Shown here: positions 47,032 to 57,204 of the stretch, one piece after another
Layout of the letters: the number at the start of each line of letters is the position of its first letter
Numbering within the stretch: position 1 is the stretch's first letter
From: Candidatus Woesebacteria bacterium GW2011_GWB1_39_12
GTDB taxonomy: Bacteria > Patescibacteriota > Microgenomatia > UBA8517
Length of the DNA stretch: 64,000 bases
Direction of reading: 5' to 3'
NCBI GenBank assembly: GCA_000993405.1
Contig: LBWB01000009.1
Span: forward strand, 77,848 to 141,847
The notes under the pieces: model-generated
Database searches by the model: none
Told to the model about the DNA's origin: nothing
The model's input: only the letters and a program-made list of their open reading frames with translations
Position numbers and translations under genes: made by a program

Positions 47032-48273
47032 CTATTCCCACTTCTTTATTTCCTCCTGAGGAAGTTTTAACTTTTTGGGAGTAGTAAGTAAAAGAACTGC
47101 CGAAACGACAACTACGGTAATACCAACCGCACTAAATGTAAGTCTTTCTCCAATAGTACTCGCTATAAACCCCGCCCAGGCAGGACCGATTATATAGGCA
47201 ATACTTATTGTCGAGCGTGATAGGCCAATGAGATGCCTTCTCTCTCTACCCATCCTGGCAACGATATCCGAATAAACCCCGTCGGTCAGAGGAAAAGATA
47301 CTGCCAAAAGAGTACTTGAAACAAATACAAATAAAAGCTGAAAAAAGATGGCATCAGTTAGTCCAAGCATTGCCAAGAAAATTCCGGAAAAAAACAAAAA
47401 TTTCTCCGCCAGGCGTTTCTTACCTTCAAAAACTTGCCACTTGGCGACAACAAACCCAACAAAAAGTGAGGGTAACGTATAAAGAGGTAAAAACATCCCT
47501 CCCCACCAACTTCTTTCTGATAAAGTATGACTCCAAACCGCGCCAGTCGTCCAAAAAGTCGCATCAACCAGCCCCATAAAAATACTCATAATTACAATTG
47601 GCCAGACGTGAGAAAAAAGTACTTTCCAATGGGCCAGTTCCCGAATCAAATTTACTTCGTGAACATCAATTTCAATCGGTCTTTTATGCTTTTCCCGAGC
47701 CAACATCAAAAAGACTAATCCCAAAAACGTAAAGAGAATTGCAAAATAGGCTGGCGTTCTGTCCCCTCTTGCCAAGAGTAACCCGCCGATAATGGGACCC
47801 AAAAAGTAGGCCAAGCTTCTGAATATGGACATTACTCCCCAAGCGGCCGAATGAAGTCTTAAAGGAGTTGAATCGGCCACAAATTGCTGTTCACCAAAGC
47901 CCAAAAGTTCGTAATAGATTCCCCAAACAGCCATAGCAAGAAGAAAAATAACAAGATAAGGCGCCGCGGTAGCACCAAGAAGAATTGCTGAAAACAAAAA
48001 ACTTGATAGAATCCCCAGAAGTATCAGTCTTTTAACTGTAAAACCTCTCAGAATCTGGGGAAAAATAAGATCAGCCCCGAATCCAACGACTGACGAAAAA
48101 CTGATAACAAGACCCATTAAAAAAGAACTTTGCAAAGAATCTTGGATAAAATTGGGAACCCAGAAGGATAAAATTGCATCTGCCAATAGAATCAGAAATA
48201 AAATCATACCTAAGGTCAGAACTTTCGACCAAACTTCGTCTTTTAATATCCTCGGAAAGGTTTTAACAAACAT
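47032..48273 (-). CDS. MFS transporter
   Basis: ~12 TM segments, GPIIGG, YIIGP..AG. Confidence 0.85.
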   Translation of the reverse strand: MFVKTFPRILKDEVWSKVLTLGMILFLILLADAILSFWVPNFIQDSLQSSFLMGLVISFSSVVGFGADLIFPQILRGFTVKRLILLGILSSFLFSAILLGATAAPYLVIFLLAMAVWGIYYELLGFGEQQFVADSTPLRLHSAAWGVMSIFRSLAYFLGPIIGGLLLARGDRTPAYFAILFTFLGLVFLMLAREKHKRPIEIDVHEVNLIRELAHWKVLFSHVWPIVIMSIFMGLVDATFWTTGAVWSHTLSERSWWGGMFLPLYTLPSLFVGFVVAKWQVFEGKKRLAEKFLFFSGIFLAMLGLTDAIFFQLLFVFVSSTLLAVSFPLTDGVYSDIVARMGRERRHLIGLSRSTISIAYIIGPAWAGFIASTIGERLTFSAVGITVVVVSAVLLLTTPKKLKLPQEEIKKWE

Positions 48274-48381
48274 ATCTAAAGTATCGGATAAACATATAAA
48301 ATAGTAAACAGGAATAGATTTGTTCCATTCTTTTTACTTCTTTACTTACTCTTCTACTTAAACTTATACTTAAACTAACGT

Positions 48382-49788
48382 ATGGATCCTGTCCAAAATT
48401 CAAACAATAACCTACGAGATTCACCAGCCCAAACAGAAACACCAAAACCTGCCTTCGTAACCCAGGAAATTTCCTCTTCTGACCAGGTTCAGACTTCCAC
48501 TACTGAAGAACCTTTACAGTCTTCTCAAATTGAGACTACTCCCCAACCCGGACCCCCGCAAACTATACTTTCCCCGGCTCCATCATCCCAAGTATCTACT
48601 GAATCTCAGGATTTTCCAAAGTCGGGAAAAAGGAGAATCATACCTTTTGTCGCCGGATTATTATTATTAATATTTTTCATCCTAATAATCACCGGCGGTG
48701 CTACCTATGCCGTTGCTTATGAAAAAATAAAACTTAATAAGAATCCCGAACTTCAGAAAAAAGTAGCCTATTTTGTAATGTCACTTCCCTTCACGCCAAA
48801 AACGCCGAAGTTTTTACTGGCAAAAACCGGCATGGCTCATCAGGATGTAACCAAGGAATCATTTGATATTTCGCTTGCAATAGACTCAAAAGACTTTGTA
48901 AGTTCACTCGGTCTAAGCGGACTGGATATAGAAGCCAAGGGGAATGTTGACTATTCTGACCCTAAAAACGTAAAACTTGTTCTTGACACTTCTATTACCA
49001 AAGACTTCAATTTTGAATTGAGAAAAAAAGATAAATTTCTACACTTTAAGATAAATAAGCTTCCTTCGGCACTTCTGGCACTTCTTGGACTAAAGGTTGA
49101 GGAATTTGCACCGATTCTTGACAAATGGGTCTCATATGATACAACTCCTTTGGATACCGAAGCCAGAAGATCAATTCAGGATGAAGAGATAGACCCTTTG
49201 AGTGAAGAGTATTTAGACGAAACCTTTGAGAAATACATTGACGATGAAGTGCTTTCTAAAATGAGGCTCGTTGAGGTCACCGAAGAAGGCAGGGAAATGT
49301 ACAAAATAACGCTTGATGCTGACCCGGCATTAATTGATCATTTGGGTCAAAAGCTTGAAGAAGAGAGGAAAAAGACTGGTGGAGCTTATCTTGACCAATC
49401 AAGCGAGTCCGTCAAACTTTCGGATATGATAAAAGCCCTTAAATGGGAAATCTATATAGATAAAGATAGTTACTACACAAGAAAACTAATAGTCACTGCC
49501 GATCTTGAAACCGACAAAATGGATTATGGCAGCATATTCACGGGCACTTCTGGTTCACCAAGCGAGAAAAGTCAAGCAAAAATTGCATTCGCCGCAAAAT
49601 TTGACGACTTTGGAGAAGAAGTAGTTGTTCAGGAACCAGAAGACGCAATTACCTTCGAAGAATTTACAAATATTGTTTCAGAGATATTGAAACAGGTTTA
49701 CGGAGAATTCTTCAATTCACAATACTCCTCCGGACTGGATAATCCGGACATACCGGATGCCGAACTCGAACTTCCCGACAATCTTTAA
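48382..49788 (+). CDS. Membrane-anchored extracytoplasmic protein (LolA/LppX-like fold possible)
   Basis: P/S/T-rich N-terminus, one TM, beta-rich domain (WEIYIDKDSYY). Confidence 0.65.
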   Translation: MDPVQNSNNNLRDSPAQTETPKPAFVTQEISSSDQVQTSTTEEPLQSSQIETTPQPGPPQTILSPAPSSQVSTESQDFPKSGKRRIIPFVAGLLLLIFFILIITGGATYAVAYEKIKLNKNPELQKKVAYFVMSLPFTPKTPKFLLAKTGMAHQDVTKESFDISLAIDSKDFVSSLGLSGLDIEAKGNVDYSDPKNVKLVLDTSITKDFNFELRKKDKFLHFKINKLPSALLALLGLKVEEFAPILDKWVSYDTTPLDTEARRSIQDEEIDPLSEEYLDETFEKYIDDEVLSKMRLVEVTEEGREMYKITLDADPALIDHLGQKLEEERKKTGGAYLDQSSESVKLSDMIKALKWEIYIDKDSYYTRKLIVTADLETDKMDYGSIFTGTSGSPSEKSQAKIAFAAKFDDFGEEVVVQEPEDAITFEEFTNIVSEILKQVYGEFFNSQYSSGLDNPDIPDAELELPDNL

Positions 49789-49837
49789 ATCAGTTTTTGA
49801 GTTGACTTTGAAAAAAATCTGACGTACTATCACGCCA

Positions 49838-50671
49838 ATGGAAGAGCAGGTAATTACGCCCCAGGAAAAAGTCACAGAAGTAAAAGAATTGAGTTCCGGA
49901 AAAAAAGTCTTGATAGTTTTGGCGGGAATTCTTCTCCTAGCCGGAGTCGGTGCAGGATCGTATTTTTTAGGAAATAAGGGTAAATCACAAGATACATCAA
50001 TTTTGTCTCCAACCCCCGCTGATTTAATTTCCGAAACTCCTACAACCACACCAACTCCTGAAATAAATATTTCAGGAACAATCTCTCCTACAAAAAAACC
50101 AACAGTAACTCCAAAACCCACTCTTACGCCAACACCCGTGGTCAAACAAAAAACCCTGTCTTCAAACACTTCTCTTGACGGATTTCAATCTAGTAACGGA
50201 GGCGGAAATAAGACTCTTGAAATTCGGGCCGGAAGAAATGTGAATTTGGTTACGCGGGGATTCGTAAGTTTTGACCTTTCTGAAATTCCTGCCGGAGCGG
50301 TAATTAAAGAGGTAAATCTCAGGCTCTACCAGGCAAAAATAATCGGAAATCCTTACGGAGTCGGAGGCTCGCTTAAAATCGATCATCTAAACTTCGGAGA
50401 TTCTCTTGATAACCCGGATTACGGCTTGGCCGCGCTTTCATCAAGTTTTATAACATTAACCAGTAATAACGTAATAGAATGGAAGGACGCTATAGTAACC
50501 GACCAAGTCAAAGATGATCTTGCCAACGCACGCTCGCGCAGCCAGTTCAGAATCCATTTCCAGACCGAAAACACCGGAGGCGACGTAACCGGCGATTTCG
50601 CCTACTTCGAGGCAGCGGAAAATAATATGGCTACAGGCAACTCTCCTCAATTGGTTGTTAAGTACTATTAA
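49838..50671 (+). CDS. Membrane-anchored protein with PT linker and DNRLRE-like domain
   Basis: RGFVSFDLSEIP.GA.I....LRLY, PQLVVKY. Confidence 0.7.
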   Translation: MEEQVITPQEKVTEVKELSSGKKVLIVLAGILLLAGVGAGSYFLGNKGKSQDTSILSPTPADLISETPTTTPTPEINISGTISPTKKPTVTPKPTLTPTPVVKQKTLSSNTSLDGFQSSNGGGNKTLEIRAGRNVNLVTRGFVSFDLSEIPAGAVIKEVNLRLYQAKIIGNPYGVGGSLKIDHLNFGDSLDNPDYGLAALSSSFITLTSNNVIEWKDAIVTDQVKDDLANARSRSQFRIHFQTENTGGDVTGDFAYFEAAENNMATGNSPQLVVKYY

Positions 50672-50738
50672 ATAAGAACCATCATTTGTTTCCTCGTGCT
50701 TCCCGGGTGTATAATTCCCGAAATTTACCCCAATTAAC

Positions 50739-52685
50739 ATGACTCACGAATTAAATTCCGGTCAACGAACACGTTGGTGGATACAAAATCCACGTCGGAC
50801 TTCGGCCGAACCTCAAATACAACCCCCCGTTTATGAAAAACCTTTAACTATCAGAGAATGGTTAAATCAAGAACCTGATGGAAAAGTGGCTCAATCTTAT
50901 AAACTTGCAGAAAAAATCCATGAAGGTCAGGTAAGATTCTCCGGCGAACCCTATATATCTCATCCCGAAGCTGTTACTGACATAATAAACACCGAATTCT
51001 ATAATGGCGCTCTCCCTGACGTGGATTTAATCTGTGCCGCTCTTCTTCACGATACTCTTGAGGATACGAATGACGAACAAAAACTTCTTATTTACGAGAA
51101 AATAAAAAATGATTTTGGGGAAGGTGTAGCCTACTTGGTAGAAAGTGTATCTCAATTCAGATCAGATGGAAGTGAACAATCAGACACCGAATATCTTCAA
51201 AAACAGGCTGCTCATGGAATTCCGGATCCCCGCGTATTTGTTCTCAAACTGGCCGATAGACTTCACAATATGCGTACCCTCCAATTCGTACCCGAGGAAA
51301 AACAAATTCCTAAAGCAAAGGAAACCCACATTTATGCAGGTCTGGCCGAAAGACTCGGAATGTGGGCAGTAAAAACAGAACTTGAAGATCTAGCTTTCAA
51401 ATATGAATCACCCGATCTTTATCAATCAATCAAAGAAGAGGTGGATTCCGATCCACGCCTTACTGCTGATTTTATCAGTAAAGTTGAAAACAGCTTAAAT
51501 CAGGTATTAAGAAATAACGAGGGCACGAAAGGTTCAATAAGTGTAAGAAAAAATGGCTTATGGGCATTATATGATAAGAGAATCAGGTTGGCGCAGGCAG
51601 GAAAAGGAAGATTGGGTACTTTTTCGCATATAAATGACTTAGTTAGCTTTCGCATAGTATGTGATACTGTTAATTCGAATAATCTTTTAGAACTGTATAG
51701 CATACTCGGCGCCATCCATAACCATCCAAAATTTAATGAGCCTTTAGATGAAACCAGATTGGACGAATTTTTAGCCAAACCTAAAGGTAACAAATACTCA
51801 GCACTCCAAACAACAATCGACTATCCCGAAGGATCATTTGAAATAGCAATAACAACGAAAGAAAGAGAAGAATTTAACAATTGGGGAATAATGTATTTAT
51901 TAAGGCGTGGTCAATTACAGGAAGCCACTCCCCTATATGAATTGAAAATAGTATTTGACGAAGAAGGTAAGGCTATATTTCTAAATAAAGATGCAACCGG
52001 AGTGGATTTTGTTTACGCAAAAAACCCCTGGCTGGGTGCTCAAGCAATAAGTCTAATCGTAAATGAAGTCCCTACAAAAATCGGACAATTCGTTCCAAAT
52101 GCATCAAGTATTAAAGTAGTAGCATCAGAAGATATACGAAGAGCTCCACCTGCACATTTTCTGGAACATTGTAGCCCTGAAACTCAAAAAATTATTGAAT
52201 CTCAATACGCACTTTTGGGTAGAGATTTTGACGTCGTCAGAGGTAGCGAATTACTTGAACCTATACTTTCCCGTATAGGTCTTCTCGTTGTTTCTGACTG
52301 GCCTCCTCTTGAAAGAATACTCCTTACTAAATTCGACGCACAAGATCTCCATGATTTATACCTCAAAATTGCAAGAACAGGTGAACATCTGTTAAATGAA
52401 ATAAGTCAAGTATTTCAGGAAGAAGGAATCAATAAAGAAGCTCTGAGTTTAACCACGATCAGGCTTCGGGGAAAAAACAGCCCTCACGTCCTAAGAGATG
52501 TGTCAAATCTCATTGACGATCTTAAGGTAGACACAAGACACATCTTGACAAGTAAACCGATAGCCTCAGAAGAAGGAGATTACGAGCTGAGAATTGTAAT
52601 AAATAATCCTTCTCAAGAAATCCTTAACACGCTTAATAAGAAACTAGGTAACGACCAGAGGTTTGATCAGGTAACTATAGTCTGA
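50739..52685 (+). CDS. rel: RelA/SpoT homolog (HD, synthetase, TGS-like, ACT-like)
   Basis: HEGQVRFSGEPYISHP, ALLHDTLED, KLADRLHNMRTL, PKGNKYSALQT. Confidence 0.88.
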   Translation: MTHELNSGQRTRWWIQNPRRTSAEPQIQPPVYEKPLTIREWLNQEPDGKVAQSYKLAEKIHEGQVRFSGEPYISHPEAVTDIINTEFYNGALPDVDLICAALLHDTLEDTNDEQKLLIYEKIKNDFGEGVAYLVESVSQFRSDGSEQSDTEYLQKQAAHGIPDPRVFVLKLADRLHNMRTLQFVPEEKQIPKAKETHIYAGLAERLGMWAVKTELEDLAFKYESPDLYQSIKEEVDSDPRLTADFISKVENSLNQVLRNNEGTKGSISVRKNGLWALYDKRIRLAQAGKGRLGTFSHINDLVSFRIVCDTVNSNNLLELYSILGAIHNHPKFNEPLDETRLDEFLAKPKGNKYSALQTTIDYPEGSFEIAITTKEREEFNNWGIMYLLRRGQLQEATPLYELKIVFDEEGKAIFLNKDATGVDFVYAKNPWLGAQAISLIVNEVPTKIGQFVPNASSIKVVASEDIRRAPPAHFLEHCSPETQKIIESQYALLGRDFDVVRGSELLEPILSRIGLLVVSDWPPLERILLTKFDAQDLHDLYLKIARTGEHLLNEISQVFQEEGINKEALSLTTIRLRGKNSPHVLRDVSNLIDDLKVDTRHILTSKPIASEEGDYELRIVINNPSQEILNTLNKKLGNDQRFDQVTIV

Positions 52686-52963
52686 AAAAAACCTTCTTGT
52701 AATGCGAGATCTATAAAGACCGTCGCACAATATTTATCTTTTCCCAGTTTGTCCACAAGGTCTTCCACTGTGCCTAGTCTTTAAAACTATCTTTCATACT
52801 AACTCCATCAAAAAACCTCCGTTTTAGAAGGTTTGTAAGTAAAAAAACAAATCACCGATTAGTATAGGAGGTACATGATTATCTGCCTAACACAAATTAA
52901 TTTCATACAGGGTTTACATTTTAACTGTCAATTTCGAAAATTACAAATAAATATCCTATAACG

Positions 52964-52992
52964 TTGATTTTTGGGGAAAAATTTGATATACT
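52964..52992 (+). promoter_or_regulatory. Sigma70-type promoter
   Basis: TTGATT-17 nt-TATACT with extended TG. Confidence 0.6.
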
Positions 52993-53084
52993 TTGGATTC
53001 CCAAAGTCGCAAGACCTAAGGATTGTATGGGAAACCATACAAGGGTTGGCACCCCTAGCACATTGACATACAGGAGATGATCAA

Positions 53085-53564
53085 ATGACTACAACCGCAA
53101 GGTTAGGTGGACTGCTTTTCGCGGTCCTGTTACTCGCGGCGCTCGCTTTGATGATGAGCCCCGCAAACCCAGCTGCACTGCAGCTGGAAATTAGCATACC
53201 CGGTGGCGCTGCGCCGGAACTGTCTGCTGCAGAGCAGGCGATGAAAAACGCCTTGGAACTTCTCCCAGGCGCCCAAATCAGCGTTCCTGCGCTCTTTTCG
53301 CCAAACGGTGGCTCAGTAACCTTGAACATGAACGGCATGTCGCTTCAGACAAACTGGAGCCCTGTGGACGAAGGGTGTGATTATCACGGGTTCATTAATG
53401 GAAAGAGAATCCCCCTTCTTCACTCGGAGGATCCTTGCGATCCTGCTGATTTCCTCGCGTGGCTGGTTGCCTACGCTTACAAGATCACCGAGGTGATCGG
53501 TAAGGAAAGGGGCGATTCCATAGTTCGTGCAGTTGTCGAGCTGATTCAGCCGTTTGTCCACTAA
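53085..53564 (+). CDS. Secreted hypothetical protein, GC-richer than surroundings, enclosed by inverted repeats
   Basis: AGGAG RBS, signal peptide; gggttggcacccctagc / gctagggtgccaaccc flanks. Confidence 0.75.
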   Translation: MTTTARLGGLLFAVLLLAALALMMSPANPAALQLEISIPGGAAPELSAAEQAMKNALELLPGAQISVPALFSPNGGSVTLNMNGMSLQTNWSPVDEGCDYHGFINGKRIPLLHSEDPCDPADFLAWLVAYAYKITEVIGKERGDSIVRAVVELIQPFVH

Positions 53565-53833
53565 GTTCTAAGCTAGGGTGCCAACCCGAAGGGGAGGGCA
53601 AGATTTGTTACGGGTATGGAGTGCGCATGCGCGTACTCAACAAAAATGTTAGCTCAAAGCTAACCAACATAACACATACCCAACACATTTCTTCCCTCCC
53701 CTAGTTCTTCTTTTAATAAATTCAGACAATTTAACTCGTTTATTAAAATAATTAAATTATGTATTTTTATTGCTAACCGAGAGTAAAATATAGGATATTA
53801 TGAATACAGAAATTTCCAGGCGCAATTTTTTAA

Positions 53834-54568
53834 ATGAAAAAATTACCGAACTTCTCCTATGAAAAACGACTTTGGAAAAAAGGCTATAAATTTGTCGCCG
53901 GCTGCGACGAGGTGGGAAGAGGATGTTTTGCAGGACCTGTAGTAGCAGCATGCAACGTATTCATGCCGCAAAATCCAAAAAACAAATTCCAAATTCCAAA
54001 AAATATAAAAATTGATGACTCGAAGAAGTTATCAGAAACCCAAAGAAATATAGCAGCAAAGTGGATTAAAGATAATTGTTTAACCTGGGGAATCGGCATA
54101 GGAAGAGTATCGGAAATAAATAGGTTAGGAATGACAAAAGCAACATCTTCGGCTTTTCGTCGGGCTATTACTAACGCTAATAAAAGGATGGCTTCCCGAG
54201 TAGATTACTTACTCATAGATGCATTTTATATACCATACACAAGGGGCTTACGGATGCCACTAAAAACTGAGAAACTAAAGAATAAAAGAATCAAGGAACT
54301 TAAATATTCAAAATTATCAGGACGACAGTTGGCAATAATAAACGGTGATGAAAAATCTCTTTCAATAGCCGCTGCCTCAATAATTGCCAAGGTTTATAGA
54401 GACAAGTTAATGAAAAACTTAAGTAAAAGACCCAAATTTAAGAAATATGGGTGGGACAAAAACAAAGGTTATGGAACTCGGCAGCATCGAGAAGCAATTT
54501 TAAAATACGGCTCAACAAAATATCACAGAAAAAAATTTGTAGAAACTTATCTTTCCAAAAATAATTAA
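53834..54568 (+). CDS. rnhB: Ribonuclease HII
   Basis: GCDEVGRG..AGPVV, DSKKL, IAAASIIAKV.RD, KGYGT. Confidence 0.96.
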   Translation: MKKLPNFSYEKRLWKKGYKFVAGCDEVGRGCFAGPVVAACNVFMPQNPKNKFQIPKNIKIDDSKKLSETQRNIAAKWIKDNCLTWGIGIGRVSEINRLGMTKATSSAFRRAITNANKRMASRVDYLLIDAFYIPYTRGLRMPLKTEKLKNKRIKELKYSKLSGRQLAIINGDEKSLSIAAASIIAKVYRDKLMKNLSKRPKFKKYGWDKNKGYGTRQHREAILKYGSTKYHRKKFVETYLSKNN

Positions 54569-54759
54569 TAGTTTCTTTTTTTCTCCAGTTCTATTTGGAA
54601 CTTGACTCGGGCTTTTTGTTCCTTTCTTTTTTCAGATGGAGGCTTAAAGCGAGCGCGTTCCCTGGCTTCCTGCAGAAGACCTGAGTCCAAAACCTCTTTC
54701 TTGAATCTGGCGATCAACCTGTCTTCGGATTCTCCCCTTTTTTTGACCACGACGACCAT
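54565..54759 (-). CDS. rpsU: 30S ribosomal protein S21
   Basis: GES.DRLIARFKK.V..SG....AR....F.PPS. Confidence 0.88.
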   Translation of the reverse strand: MVVVVKKRGESEDRLIARFKKEVLDSGLLQEARERARFKPPSEKRKEQKARVKFQIELEKKRNY

Positions 54760-54890
54760 CAAAAATCGCCTCCTCTCCCTCCGGGCCGAAGGTCAGAAAA
54801 ACCTGAGGCCCTGCTTGTATATAATAATTCATCATACAAATCACCACGCCTATTGTAGCAGAAAAAGCTATAATATGGTAGAATTTCCCC

Positions 54891-55076
54891 GTGAAGGCTT
54901 TATTGGAATATCTAAAAGGCGTTCGAAGCGAACTCTCTAAGGTTACCTGGCCCAAAAGAGATGAGGTCATGAGGTTAACTTTGACTGTTTTTATCATTTC
55001 TGGGATAATTGGAATCTACCTTGGCGTCCTAGATTTCGCCCTCACAAAGTTACTTGAGGTTTTAATTTCAAGCTAG
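54891..55076 (+). CDS. secE: Preprotein translocase SecE
   Basis: ELSKVTWP + TM, upstream of nusG. Confidence 0.95.
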   Translation: MKALLEYLKGVRSELSKVTWPKRDEVMRLTLTVFIISGIIGIYLGVLDFALTKLLEVLISS

Positions 55077-55080
55077 ATCT

Positions 55081-55731
55081 ATGTCCGACGATAACACCCA
55101 AACCATTGCATCTCAAAATTCTGCCTTGGAAACCCCTGCAATAAGCGAGCGAGGAACCGGAAAGAAAAAAATTCCCGGCCATATCGTAATTAACACAAAC
55201 GATAATAAAGACGCAAACTGGTTTGTTGTTCATACAACAAGCGGCCATGAAGTAAGAGTTGCCGAAACCTTGCGTCAAAGGGTCGAAACCATGGGACTTC
55301 AGGACAATATATATGAACTTCTCGTTCCTACTCAGGACAGAGTCGTGATAAGAGGCGGTAAGAAGGCAACGGTCAAGGAAAAGATTTTCCCCGGTTATCT
55401 TCTTATCAAAATGGTAATGAACGATCCTACATGGCTTGCGGTGAGAACTACTCCGGGCATCACAGGTTTCGTGGGCGCCGGCAAAACTCCTACTCCTCTA
55501 TCGGAGACTGAAGTAACAAACATCCAAAAATTCGTTTCAGCTCCTGCAAAGCGCTTTAAGACAAGGTTTACGACAGGTGAAGCAGTAAAAATTACTGACG
55601 GACCTTTTTCGGATTTTCTTGGAACCATTAACGAAATCGATGAAGAAAAAGGGAAAGTAAAAGTTTTAGTCTCAATCTTCGGAAGAGAAACACCTGTTGA
55701 GTTAGACCTTTTGCAAATAGCAAAAGTTTAA
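55081..55731 (+). CDS. nusG: Transcription factor NusG
   Basis: WFVVHT.SG.E, FPGY, GPF..F.G, IFGRETPVEL. Confidence 0.97.
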   Translation: MSDDNTQTIASQNSALETPAISERGTGKKKIPGHIVINTNDNKDANWFVVHTTSGHEVRVAETLRQRVETMGLQDNIYELLVPTQDRVVIRGGKKATVKEKIFPGYLLIKMVMNDPTWLAVRTTPGITGFVGAGKTPTPLSETEVTNIQKFVSAPAKRFKTRFTTGEAVKITDGPFSDFLGTINEIDEEKGKVKVLVSIFGRETPVELDLLQIAKV

Positions 55732-55879
55732 TATACAATAGATACTACCTCGTTTAAGCTTGACTTAAATCGAGGAAGACAGACCGCCGAAAGGTTTGTC
55801 GAAGACAAAAAAACAAAAATCTTCGATTTTTTCTTCGGCGGAATTTCTAAACTAATCACCAATAACCAATCACTAACTT

Positions 55880-56308
55880 ATGGCATCTAAAAAGATAAAA
55901 ACCATTGTTAAAGTCAACTTGAAAGCAGGAGAGGCAACTCCGGCTCCACCCTTGGGTCCGGTATTGGGACAGCACGGCGTCGCCATAATGGAATTCGTAA
56001 AAGCCTACAACGAGCGTACTACCGAAATGAAGGGTGAAACAGTGCCTGCAGTAATAACGATTTACGAGGACAGGAGTTTTGATTTTGAGATAAAGAAAGC
56101 ACCCGTTGCCGATATGATCAAAAAGGCATTGGGCATTGAAAAAGGCTCAGGAACAACTCCGAGAGAAATGGTTGGAATGCTTACTAAAGCACAAGTTGAG
56201 AAAATCGCTAAGGAAAAAATGGATGATTTTAATACCCAGGATCTGGAAGAAGCAAGAAAGATTGTGTCAGGAACAGCAAGAAGTATGGGAGTAAAAGTGG
56301 AAGATTAA
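55880..56308 (+). CDS. rplK: 50S ribosomal protein L11
   Basis: ATPAPPLGP.LGQHG, GTARSMG. Confidence 0.97.
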   Translation: MASKKIKTIVKVNLKAGEATPAPPLGPVLGQHGVAIMEFVKAYNERTTEMKGETVPAVITIYEDRSFDFEIKKAPVADMIKKALGIEKGSGTTPREMVGMLTKAQVEKIAKEKMDDFNTQDLEEARKIVSGTARSMGVKVED

Positions 56309-56312
56309 TTTT

Positions 56313-57128
56313 ATGGGAAAAACAAAAACAGCATTCGTCGGTGAGGTTGAAGAAAAAAAACTAAGCGGCGAAGAAAAATACAAAGAAAGACAAAAGAAAA
56401 AAGAATCCGTTCAAAAAGAGGAAAAAGTTCATGTTGCCGGATTAAAGGGGGGGCAGAGGATAAAAGTTGTGGAGGCAGAAACATTACCCACAGAGGTCGT
56501 AGAGGAATCCACAGAAGCCGGAGAAAAGAAAAAAGTCATCAAGAAAAAAATTCGTGGTAAAAATTATCTTCAAGTTAAATCAAAAATAGACAGAAACAAG
56601 TTCTATTCAGTCAACGATGCACTAAAACTGGTTAAAGAAACATCTTACTCAAAATTCAACGGAACTTTTGAAATGCATATTGTAGTCAAAAAGGTAGGCT
56701 TATCGGAAAATGTCACCCTCCCCCATTTCGAAGGAAAAGCAAAAAGAGTTGAAGTTGCCGATGATAAAACCATTGAAAAACTCAAAAAAGGCAAAATTGA
56801 TTTTGATGTACTTTTGGCAACCCCCGACATGATGCCGAAATTGGTTCCATTTGCCAAAATTCTGGGTCCTAAAGGACTCATGCCAAATCCAAAGAATGGA
56901 ACTATTATCAAAGGTAACAAAGACGTTGAGAAATTTTCAGGGAACTCTTTGACAATAAAAACCGAAAAAGACGCGCCGGTTATTCATACAGTCGTAGGCA
57001 AAGTCAGCCAGCCGGAAAAAGAGTTGGAAGAAAATATTGAAAGCGTCTTAAATGCAGTCAATAAAAAACAGATTGTCAAAGCCTATCTCAAATCCACAAT
57101 GTCGCCATCTGTAAAATTATCTGTCTAA
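56313..57128 (+). CDS. rplA: 50S ribosomal protein L1 with Lys/Glu-rich N-extension
   Basis: ILGPKGLMPNPKNGT, STMSPS. Confidence 0.96.
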   Translation: MGKTKTAFVGEVEEKKLSGEEKYKERQKKKESVQKEEKVHVAGLKGGQRIKVVEAETLPTEVVEESTEAGEKKKVIKKKIRGKNYLQVKSKIDRNKFYSVNDALKLVKETSYSKFNGTFEMHIVVKKVGLSENVTLPHFEGKAKRVEVADDKTIEKLKKGKIDFDVLLATPDMMPKLVPFAKILGPKGLMPNPKNGTIIKGNKDVEKFSGNSLTIKTEKDAPVIHTVVGKVSQPEKELEENIESVLNAVNKKQIVKAYLKSTMSPSVKLSV

Positions 57129-57146
57129 AACCTAGAATGCTCGCCA

Positions 57147-57169
57147 GCCGAAGTCTTAACGTAGGCGGG
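57147..57169 (+). repeat. REP-like hairpin gccgaagtcttaacgtaggcggg at island border
   Basis: Arms shared with the 43086..43193 element. Confidence 0.6.
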
Positions 57170-57204
57170 AGCCTATTTGTAAAAGCATAAGTATAATTCT
57201 TTAC

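Noticed and set aside
44214-53800. Prophage or ICE integrated at tRNA-Trp
   Set aside because: No integrase, phage structural or conjugation genes; includes housekeeping-like rel and MFS genes
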